Sequence record: MK250016.1 | DNA: 32,000 nt | From: Prevotella phage Lak-A1 | Direction: 5' to 3' (one strand) | Part shown: positions 22,461-30,608 of the stretch, piece by piece | Numbering within the stretch: the stretch's first letter is position 1 | Layout: the number at the start of each line of letters is the position of its first letter | Position numbers and translations under genes: made by a program | The notes under the pieces: generated by a model | What the model saw: only the letters and a program-made list of their open reading frames with translations | The model's database searches: none | What the model was told of the DNA's origin: nothing

Positions 22461-23723
22461 TTAAAACTTGAACAAATTTGAACTTTGCTCTTTATTAACT
22501 TCTTGCTTCACTCTATCACTACTTTTTAGGTTCATTTCTGAACGGTCATCCATAGTTGGATAGTCCACAAGCTTAAATTCGGGTGTACTGCACCCTATTA
22601 TTCTTAAACCTTCATCAAGTATATTTAGTGCTGCATTGTAATCTCTATTAATAAGTTTACCACAATTAGGACAGGTCCATTCTCTATCACTCAATTTTAA
22701 TTTCTTAAAAATATAACCACAACAGTTACATGTTTTACTTGATGGATAAAATCTATCTACAAATACTATCTTTCTGTTATACCATCTTGCTTTATACTCT
22801 AATATTCTTCGGAATTCACCAAAATTCATTTCTAAAATACTTTCAGCAAGTTTATGGTTCTTAACCATACCTTTCACATTTAAGTCTTCCATACATATAA
22901 CTTGGTTTTCGTCAATGAGTGAATTACTTACATAGTGAAGATAGTATTGTTTTCTATCATTTATTGTTTTATATACTTTAGCAAGTTTAATTCTTGCTTT
23001 ATTTCTGTTGTTACTTCCTTTTTGTTTTCTTGAAAGTTGTTTTTGAAGTTTATTTAACTTAATTATCTCATTCTTTTTAAAATGTAAGTTATTGAATACT
23101 TCTCCTTCTGATGTGATGATAAAATCTTTTACACCAAGGTCAATACCTACACAATTATCACTATCTTGTAATCCTTTATGTATTAAATCACCATCAACCA
23201 ATATTGACAAATAATATTCACCGCAAGGTAGTTTAGATAATGTTGCTTGTCTAATATTATCATGATGTTTTTGTAAATATTGTACATATTTTTTATTACA
23301 TCTGAACTTAATATTCTTTATATTAGCAAGAGATAACTAATATGTTGTATAATCATTCTTTCTTGAGATGGTACCGATTTCAAATCTACAGCTTTGTTTG
23401 TTATCATGTTTTGATTTGAATTTTGGATACCCTGTATGTTGTTTAAAGAAACGTTTATATGCATCTAACATATCCATTATAGATTGTTTAAGAACTTTTG
23501 TATTCTGTTCTCTGAGCCATATAAAATTATCATCTTTCAATAGTTCATGATGAAACCAATAACTGAGTGTAGATCTGTTTTCAGAAATATTATGTTCTTT
23601 ATATTGATTTATTTTTCGAGCAAGTGTTTGATTATATACAAAACGACAACAACCAAGCAACTTATTAATTTGTGTTGCTTGTTCCATATTTGGGTATAAT
23701 CTTATTTTTATTGCTCTTAACAT
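22461..23723 (-). CDS. tnpB: TnpB RNA-guided nuclease-like protein (~420 aa), one in-frame TAG
   Basis: Track ORFs 23337..23723 and 22461..23210 are in one frame, joined through TAG 23337-23339 (...YTTY-[TAG]-LSLANIKNIKF...). Intact GIDLGVKDF, CMEDLNVKG, CNCCGY...CPNCG and NRDYNAALNI. Confidence 0.92.
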
Positions 23724-23813
23724 AATTTATTTTTTTGTTTATTTCTTTTTTCTCTTATTTATTTAAATAATTTTTATAAAAATGTACAATATTGTTCAAA
23801 TTATTTATTTACT

Positions 23814-23824
23814 ATTAAATAACA
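23814..23824. repeat. 11-bp direct repeat copy, attaaataaca
   Basis: Identical to 22445-22455. Confidence 0.8.
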
Positions 23825-24067
23825 CCAATTTTGAATTATATATTTAACTTTTGATTGTCATGGATATGAACTTCCATCTATAGATCTTGCATGAATATAT
23901 CCGTCATTATATACAGTACAATTTTCACCATCCATTTTAACAGTAACTACAACTTCTTTAAACTTATTAAAATGCTCATCAGATTTAAGTTTCTTATCAT
24001 CATCTGTCGCATTAGGTGAGCATGGAAGATGAAATGTACGCGGATATTTTATATAAGTATTATCCAT
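23825..24067 (-). pseudogene. N-terminal fragment of split RNA ligase, with in-frame TGA
   Basis: MDNTYIKYPRTFHLPCSPNATDDDKK...VVVTVKMDGENCTVYNDGYIHARSIDGSSYP-TGA-QSKVKYIIQNW. KMDGEN nucleotidyl-lysine motif. Confidence 0.8.
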
Positions 24068-24069
24068 AA

Positions 24070-24273
24070 TTAATTAAATATAACTTCACACATATCAACA
24101 TTTACAATTGAATCATCATCTTCAAAAATAAATGCATCTTTATATGTAGGATCATTTTCATTTTTAATTATACCTATAGCTTTATTTACTTTCTTACAAG
24201 ATTTAAATGGTTTTCCAGATTTCTTTTTTACTTTAAAAGGAAATTCTAAAAGTACACTACTATTTGTTGCCAT
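24070..24273 (-). CDS. Hypothetical small protein (67 aa)
   Basis: Track ORF immediately upstream of the ligase start. Confidence 0.5.
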   Translation of the reverse strand: MATNSSVLLEFPFKVKKKSGKPFKSCKKVNKAIGIIKNENDPTYKDAFIFEDDDSIVNVDMCEVIFN

Positions 24274-24348
24274 ATTTTATAAAAATTAAAAATGTATCTT
24301 CATATTAATTATTATACAAAGATACATAAAAATATTTTTATATGAAAA

Positions 24349-25323
24349 TTATTGATGTAAAATAATTTGCAATTTAAATACAAGTCCTAATAATGTCACA
24401 AACTTATCAATAGATGTTGCAAGCATAGAATTATATTCTGCTGTTGCAATAAGAATAAGTGGAAGTTTATTTCCAAATTGTGGACATGTTGTTAAAATAA
24501 AATCAGGAAAATCTTTACCGATTGCAAGAACTGCATCATCTGCACGTGTAGACCAATCAGCAACAAGTTTCTTATAATTATTTACAGGATCTGGTTTATC
24601 TATAATAAGTTTAAAAAGATCTGAACAATCATATGTATTTGATAACATATCAGCTGATAATTCTTTTGCCCCTCTTGTATAAAGATTCTGAATCTTATTT
24701 AAAAGTGAACGCATATCAGGAAATGAACTTCTAACAAATGATGTTACTGTTTCATCTGTATATTGAATATTAAATTTTGTTAATATATATTTAATACGCT
24801 CAAGATAACCATTAAACAAATAAGTTTCTTCTTCTTTAGTAACAGGATCTATTGCTACAAGATTAAATCTAGATTGAATAGGTTCTGGTACTTTATCAAT
24901 ATAATTACAGTTTGCAATAAATCTTACAGTTTTATGATATTTCTCAATAGTAGCACGAAGAGCTTTCCATGCTTCAAGTGAAAGTCCGTCACACTCTTCA
25001 AGAACAATAACCTTTAATTTTTCTTCACCAGAAAACAATGAAGATTGTGAAGCAAATGCGATAACTTTATCTCTAATTGTATCAATACCATTTTCAAGTG
25101 ATGCATTAATTTCCAAAACTGTATAACCCTTTGATAATATGCGAGTTAATGTTGACTTACCAGCACCAGGAGATCCAGCAAATAAAATATTATTTGTTAA
25201 TCCATGTTGAAGGACTTCTCTAATTCGTGGTACAATAATTGCTTGATCCAATGTTTGTGGTCGTAACATTTCAGTAAACAACTTCTGTGTTACATGAGTC
25301 TGTGTTGTATTATTATTTTCCAT
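24349..25323 (-). CDS. AAA+ sliding-clamp loader subunit, gp44/RFC-like
   Basis: MTQKLFTEMLRPQTLDQAIIVPRI...NNILFAGSPGAGKSTLTRIL...VIVLEECDGLSLEAWKALRATIE...RFIANCNYIDKVPEPIQSRF: Walker A/B and sensor motifs. No in-frame TAG. Confidence 0.9.
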   Translation of the reverse strand: MENNNTTQTHVTQKLFTEMLRPQTLDQAIIVPRIREVLQHGLTNNILFAGSPGAGKSTLTRILSKGYTVLEINASLENGIDTIRDKVIAFASQSSLFSGEEKLKVIVLEECDGLSLEAWKALRATIEKYHKTVRFIANCNYIDKVPEPIQSRFNLVAIDPVTKEEETYLFNGYLERIKYILTKFNIQYTDETVTSFVRSSFPDMRSLLNKIQNLYTRGAKELSADMLSNTYDCSDLFKLIIDKPDPVNNYKKLVADWSTRADDAVLAIGKDFPDFILTTCPQFGNKLPLILIATAEYNSMLATSIDKFVTLLGLVFKLQIILHQ

Positions 25324-25419
25324 ATATTATAGTAATTAAAATATACCTTATTTAAATTTTATACTATAAAAATATAAAAATGTCTTAATCAATTTATATA
25401 TGTATTACTATATAAAAAT

Positions 25420-25455
25420 AGAGAATTATATAATATTACTACTATATAATTCTCT
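25420..25455. terminator. Perfect AT-rich hairpin, terminator-like
   Basis: agagaattatata / tatataattctct, 13-bp stem, between genes ending at 25502 and starting at 25323. Confidence 0.5.
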
Positions 25456-25501
25456 CTTAAATTAAAATATATATTTATGAAATTATGGAATTTTGTAAAA
25501 A

Positions 25502-26323
25502 TTACTTTTCACCAAGAGCTTTCTTTACCTCTGGATCTTCATCTGCTGCTGAAGCGGTAATAGCTTCATGGAATTCAATAAATTCTTCAATATCAGAAAT
25601 CTTCAAATTCATCTTCAAACCAGCATATGCAAGATTTACACGTTCCTTCAAAATAGTCAACTTCTTATCAATATTAGAAAGTTGCTTTACTTCAAGATTA
25701 ATCTTCTCAAGAATACCACTATAAGTTACAGGAATATCTTCCTCAAATGCCTTTCCTGTTTCCTCATTATAATTCTCAAACTTCGCCATCTTTCTTGCGG
25801 TTTCAATTCCTGTACCCTTAGGATCACCCATACTCTGATACAAGAAAATCAATGTAGAATAATCGATTTCAAAATCTTTATCTTTATCAGCTTCAAGTTC
25901 TGTAATAATCTTATTAATTACCTTATCAAACTGAATCAAACCACGCCATGATCCTTTTTCCCATGTATTAAACTCTGCATTCCAATTCTTAAGGAATGTT
26001 GCAGTTGTTAATGCAAGTCCATCATCATGTGTTGCAATCAAATACTTCTTATTTTTATTCTCTTCAAGGCATGTTTCAAAATCTTTCTTTGCTGCTGCAA
26101 TATCATCATCAGTTGCATTTACTGGATCAATTTCTGCCCATTTAGAAAATTTCTTATTAAATTCTGCACGAACAGTTGCACGTGCATATTCTTTCTGTTC
26201 TTCTGACATCTCAGGAATACCAGCCTTTGTAAGTTCATCTTCCTGCTTTACTGGAAGTTTCTTTGTATCTTTAACTTCATCAAGCTTTGCTCCCTATTCA
26301 ACTGTAATCTTTTTCTTTGCCAT
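25502..26323 (-). CDS. Hypothetical protein (~273 aa) with a single TAG at codon 10
   Basis: Track ORF 25502..26209 extends upstream as MAKKKITVE-[TAG]-GAKLDEVKDTKKLPVKQEDELTKAGIPEMSEEQKEY.... Codon choice otherwise non-mobile phage-like. Confidence 0.65.
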
Positions 26324-26380
26324 TTTTGACTTAATTTACATGATTTTTTTATTATTAAATATTATATTACATAATAATTT

Positions 26381-27634
26381 AATAGTCTAAAATTAGTTAA
26401 AATTTTTTTTAACTGGATTCATCACTAACCCTCTATTTGTTGGAGATATAATCTCTTCACAAACTACATTTAAATATTTTCTAAGTATATTTAAACTTCC
26501 ATTTATATCTGCATTAATTAATATATTATTAGTTACATATAATCCTCTCTTTATACGTTTTCCTGAAAAATTATAATGTTTATAATCTGAATTACATACT
26601 GGTATATAATCATTATCAAAAAATGATGCTTTACTTGTATATGATTCTTCTTGTAAAATAACATTAATTCCTTGTAATTTACATTTATATTTTAACATAT
26701 TAATTAGTATTTCAAAAGGAATAGATACAAAATTTTGATTATTTTTATTACCTAATTTAGTCTCTTGTTTCCAACCATTATTTTTACCTATAATTAATGT
26801 ATTAATGGATTGTTCAACTAATTGATTAACTATATATTTAGATACTTTATGAAAATAATCTTTAATTTTATTATTTCTCTTTAATGATAATCTATATAAT
26901 CTATTTGACTAGTTCTTATGATTTTTTAATTTTAATTCTGATTGAAATTTTGATTTTTGCTTATTATAAAATTGATTTATAGATTTAATAGGTTTTCCAT
27001 TTATAATAAATGATTTAGTTACATTAGAAATACAAGTGCATAAATTATCTATACCCAAATCTATAGACATATACCTATGATTATCAGATTTTATATTTTT
27101 TTCTTTTATTTCATAAATTACTTCAAGTAAAATATAATTATTACGAGGTACAATACGTACTTGATTAATATTATTATGTTGTATTTTAAATTGTATATTA
27201 GATTTTGGTAATTTGAGTATATATTGTTTTAATAAATTAGGAGATAATGTCATATGATTATAAATAACAACCTATCTACCTTTTGTTTTATCAAGATAAT
27301 TTGGGATTTTCGCATTTACTTTTTTATATGAATTAAAAAATGATTTATAATTCCAATAACATAATCTTATTATTTGCTAAGATGTATTAGCTGGTAATGA
27401 CCTATAATCTATTTGATTTTCATTTTGAAATTCTTTACATAACTTATAATAATTTTTAAATGATTTATCTTTAAAGAACTATATACGTATTCTATATAAT
27501 GCTTGATTATATAAATTTTTTGATAAAAAACATAAATTATCAAGTTCATTATATCTTTTATCATTCTTTTTTATTATATGACGTTCTACTAATTTCATAT
27601 ATATTATATGATATAATATTAAAATAGTCTAAAA
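26381..27634 (-). mobile_element. tnpB-only element bracketed by 12-bp direct repeats
   Basis: aatagtctaaaa at 26381-26392 and 27623-27634 bracket the third tnpB. No TnpA in the window. Confidence 0.65.
26393..27598 (-). CDS. tnpB: TnpB (IS607/IS1341 OrfB-type) ~401 aa, four in-frame TAGs
   Basis: Joins track ORFs 26909..27253 and 26393..26698: MKLVERHIIKKND...YMSIDLGIDNLCTC...ILQEESYTSKASFFDNDYIPV...FSGKRIKRGLY...INADINGSLNILRK. Confidence 0.88.
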
Positions 27635-27637
27635 ATA

Positions 27638-27672
27638 AAAGGTAAAGAAATAAAAATTATCTCTTTACCTTT
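27638..27672 (-). terminator. Intrinsic terminator-like hairpin abutting the tnpB element
   Basis: aaaggtaaaga ... tctttaccttt, with a T-rich tail on the minus strand. Confidence 0.65.
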
Positions 27673-27830
27673 ACAAACTTACCTATTTTATTTTTACTAC
27701 AGTCTGAACAACTTATAATCATATCCTGATTCTTATCAAACTGCTTATCAAAATTTTTTATCTATTTTGCAAAACTATACATAGTTCCATAATATTCTAT
27801 ATTCTATGAACCATGTCCCTATGTCCACAT
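27657..27830 (-). CDS. Possible small protein (~57 aa) with a CxxC pair, amber-containing
   Basis: MWTQGHGSQNIEYYGTMYSFAKQIKNFDKQFDKNQDMIISCSDCSKNKIGKFVKVKR with TAG as Q; the stop lies inside the terminator hairpin. Confidence 0.3.
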
Positions 27831-27870
27831 TCCTTTTAAAAAATAAATGTTTCTGTATTTCTTCATATTT

Positions 27871-28365
27871 TTAGAGTAACAAAATTGCCAATAATATTGC
27901 ACCACTTCCGACTAATGTAGTTACAATACTATTAACAATATAAATTTTCTTTTTTGATTTCAATACAGGTTGATAATTCCATATAGCCAAATATCTACAA
28001 CTAAAAGGTTTCCCACTTGATGGATCTTCAACATGGTAAAATTCTGGTATTGTAACATTATCACCAAGTTTTAAATCTTCACGAAGATATTTAGAGACAA
28101 AATATGACATTTCATTTAATTTATCCATAATTTGCCATTGCTGCCCTTTTAACTGATATTCTTCGGGTATATCAATTACTTGTACAACCTCATAAAAATT
28201 ATTTGTTGCTCGTAAATTACTCTGATTAAAAAAACTATTTCTATCATTTGTTTCACTTTGAATTATTTTATGAAATGCTTTTTTAATCAATTTATCAGTA
28301 GAAGATTGATGGTAATCATCTAAAAATGAATTCCACCAATCTTTTATATTTTCAAATAGTTTCAT
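27871..28365 (-). CDS. Hypothetical protein with C-terminal transmembrane segment (164 aa)
   Basis: Track ORF; C-terminus IYIVNSIVTTLVGSGAILLAILLL is hydrophobic. Confidence 0.65.
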   Translation of the reverse strand: MKLFENIKDWWNSFLDDYHQSSTDKLIKKAFHKIIQSETNDRNSFFNQSNLRATNNFYEVVQVIDIPEEYQLKGQQWQIMDKLNEMSYFVSKYLREDLKLGDNVTIPEFYHVEDPSSGKPFSCRYLAIWNYQPVLKSKKKIYIVNSIVTTLVGSGAILLAILLL

Positions 28366-28375
28366 AATGTCTATC

Positions 28376-29326
28376 TTACATCATTTTTGCAGCCTCATCA
28401 CCAGAAGCTTCAAGATACATCTCATAAAGACCCTTATGTTTTGTCTTCATAATAGTCTCAAGAGTTTCCTTACCCTTATACAAATAATTCTTAACAGTTG
28501 ATTCATTCATATTAAGCTGATCTGCAATTTCTCTGATCTTCATATCATCAACCAACTTCATTCTAAGAACCTTTGCATAGTTTCCACCAAGTTTTTCAAT
28601 TTCATTGATAGATGTATCATACATCTTTACAACAAGATCATCAGCTGAATTCGCAACCAAATCACCTTTCTCTACTGTATACTGTGTTGAATTTGTAGAC
28701 ATTGCTGAACTTGAATTCAACATAGCTGAATCAAACATATCAGAAATATCATTACCAACGATATTTTCCTTATTACGCTTGTTAATTTCACCAAGACACA
28801 AGTTTCGACAAATAGTATAAAGCCATGTACTGAACTTTGCCTTCTCAATATCATACTTATCACGAAATTCCCATGCACGTGTAAAAGTCTGAATAGCCAT
28901 ATCATCTGCCATATCCCAATCATGCATAAACTTAAATGCATGACCCTTTACACCAAAATAGAAACGCTCCCAAAGTTTATTGAAATTATCATGTGTAGGA
29001 TTATCAACAAACTTCTTTACAAGAATAATATCATCCTCAAGTTTCTTCTTGCTCTTAGAAGACATTTTCTTCAACTTTTCAATTTGCTTCTTATCCTTCT
29101 TGTCCAATGCAATAATAGAACTATTAATTGCATCATCATCAAGATTGAACATTTCATCAATTTCATCTTCTGTAATTCCTGCTGTCTTAAGAACATCAAG
29201 ATTTACGTCAACATCCATAGAATTATTGATAGTATAATTCTTTCCAGTATTTGTAACTGAATCAATAGCGTAATTGTCGTTGTTCATATATTCGTCATTA
29301 AACTGATTTTGCATTGCGATTACCAT
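28376..29326 (-). CDS. RNA polymerase sigma-70 family (ECF-like / late-type) factor
   Basis: FYFGVKGHAFKFMHDWDMADDMAIQTFTRAWEFRDKYDIEKAKFSTWLYTICRNLCLGEINKR (region 2) and VLRMKLVDDMKIREIADQLNMNESTVKNYLYKGKETL (region 4 HTH). Confidence 0.88.
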   Translation of the reverse strand: MVIAMQNQFNDEYMNNDNYAIDSVTNTGKNYTINNSMDVDVNLDVLKTAGITEDEIDEMFNLDDDAINSSIIALDKKDKKQIEKLKKMSSKSKKKLEDDIILVKKFVDNPTHDNFNKLWERFYFGVKGHAFKFMHDWDMADDMAIQTFTRAWEFRDKYDIEKAKFSTWLYTICRNLCLGEINKRNKENIVGNDISDMFDSAMLNSSSAMSTNSTQYTVEKGDLVANSADDLVVKMYDTSINEIEKLGGNYAKVLRMKLVDDMKIREIADQLNMNESTVKNYLYKGKETLETIMKTKHKGLYEMYLEASGDEAAKMM

Positions 29327-29366
29327 ATTCTAAATTATTTTTTATATTATTAATTAATGAATTTGT

Positions 29367-30440
29367 CTACTTTTTACCAAATATGTAATTCTCTATAAAA
29401 GGATTTACTATATTCAGTTGATAGTCTAATGAACACCATAGTGGTGTTTTCACTCTTTTATTTCTGAACACAAGAAATAAGAATTTCAATATCGTTGGAT
29501 ATTCTATATCTTCCATTCTTGATGGAAACATATAATAATATTTCGATATTAGTTTAATATTTATTTCTTGATTTCTCAAAATCTCAATATTTTTCAAAAT
29601 ATTTTCGATGTCCGAAAAGTCTTTATTTATGATCTCTAATGCCAGATATAACTGACATATTTTCTTAACAGGATTGTAATCTTCAGTATAATTTAAATAA
29701 TTATTATTAATGAACAAGTCATAAATATTCTCAAGATTTATAGCTTGTTTCATATTCTTTTCTTCATCTAAATGTTCCATAATTTTTTCATGAAACATTG
29801 GTGATTGAACCTTTACAATTCTGTTTATATTCTCAATATCTGTATGTTCATTAAATGTAAGAACGAATCCCTCCACATTTTTTGAATCTATCTTATCATC
29901 CAACAAACTTAAAATTTGATACCATATCTTCTCTGTATCACATTTATTTTCCATCAGTGATAAAATGTATGATTCATCAAAATAATCGTCATACAGGAGA
30001 TTTATGCAACTAATATCGAGAAGTTCACTAATCTCTTTCAAACGACATTCAGGAAGAACACATCCAAACATATCATAACCCGATAGAAGAACAATATCAT
30101 TCTTATATTCACCATTATATTTAATAATGTGATTATCTTTGTTTCTATCAAATATTTCGAAATTCAATATTTCTATATCAGATGGAATCTTATCTTCATT
30201 CTTATGAATAATGTTATATGCATTATTATACATATTATTCATAATGAGATCAAACTCATCAATGATATTTTTTGATGGTATATATGGAGCATTTGGACGC
30301 TTACCATACATCACCTTATTTTGATGCTTATAATATTGAAATGCAGAACCATCAACTTTTTCAGTTATTTGACAGTTGCAACTCAATATTTCTTTAACAG
30401 GTAATCTCTTACTCTGTAAAAACTGATATAAATGTTGCAT
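29367..30440 (-). CDS. RNA ligase-like nucleotidyltransferase (357 aa), intact
   Basis: CQITEKVDGSAFQYYKHQNKVMYGKR, NFEIFD, VEGFVLTF and RIVKVQSPMF match covalent nucleotidyltransferase motifs I, III, IV and V. Confidence 0.65.
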   Translation of the reverse strand: MQHLYQFLQSKRLPVKEILSCNCQITEKVDGSAFQYYKHQNKVMYGKRPNAPYIPSKNIIDEFDLIMNNMYNNAYNIIHKNEDKIPSDIEILNFEIFDRNKDNHIIKYNGEYKNDIVLLSGYDMFGCVLPECRLKEISELLDISCINLLYDDYFDESYILSLMENKCDTEKIWYQILSLLDDKIDSKNVEGFVLTFNEHTDIENINRIVKVQSPMFHEKIMEHLDEEKNMKQAINLENIYDLFINNNYLNYTEDYNPVKKICQLYLALEIINKDFSDIENILKNIEILRNQEINIKLISKYYYMFPSRMEDIEYPTILKFLFLVFRNKRVKTPLWCSLDYQLNIVNPFIENYIFGKK

Positions 30441-30552
30441 ACAATATATTATTCTACTTTACTTGTTTATTAACAATGCAAAGATACATCTTTTAAGTCA
30501 AATAAAAAAACATATAATTAAAAAAGTCTATATTACTAACATCTTTTAACAA

Positions 30553-30593
30553 ATATAGGAGATTGAAAATATTAAATCTCCAATCTCCTATAT
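30553..30593. terminator. 13-bp stem hairpin, possible terminator
   Basis: atataggagattg / caatctcctatat in the intergenic gap between 30440 and 30609. Confidence 0.45.
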
Positions 30594-30608
30594 AATAATC
30601 ATTATAAA

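Larger units (their letters stand above)
22445..23813 (-). mobile_element. IS200/IS605-like tnpB-only element inserted in the RNA ligase gene
   Basis: Removing the interval between the 11-bp repeats restores ...VKYIIQNWCY-LIPDGYRVCGEN... in frame. The 5' end has the 9-bp inverted repeat aaataattt/aaattattt. No TnpA seen. Confidence 0.8.

Noticed and set aside
23337-23339. TAG in tnpB as an inactivating nonsense mutation
   Set aside because: All downstream motifs are intact, and the other two TnpB-like genes carry many TAGs without TAA/TGA or frameshifts, so TAG as sense is the simpler reading. A single chance nonsense mutation cannot be formally excluded for this gene alone.
22445-23824. Canonical group I/II intron interrupting the ligase
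   Set aside because: The element is nearly filled by tnpB with almost no sequence beyond its stop, leaving no room for a full intron core. The fragment also has an in-frame TGA. Splicing is kept only as a testable alternative in the findings.
28605-29260. Plus/minus ORFs overlapping the sigma factor (28605..28820, 28717..28941, 28922..29260, 28980..29237)
   Set aside because: Antisense or alternate-frame shadows inside a well-supported sigma factor gene.
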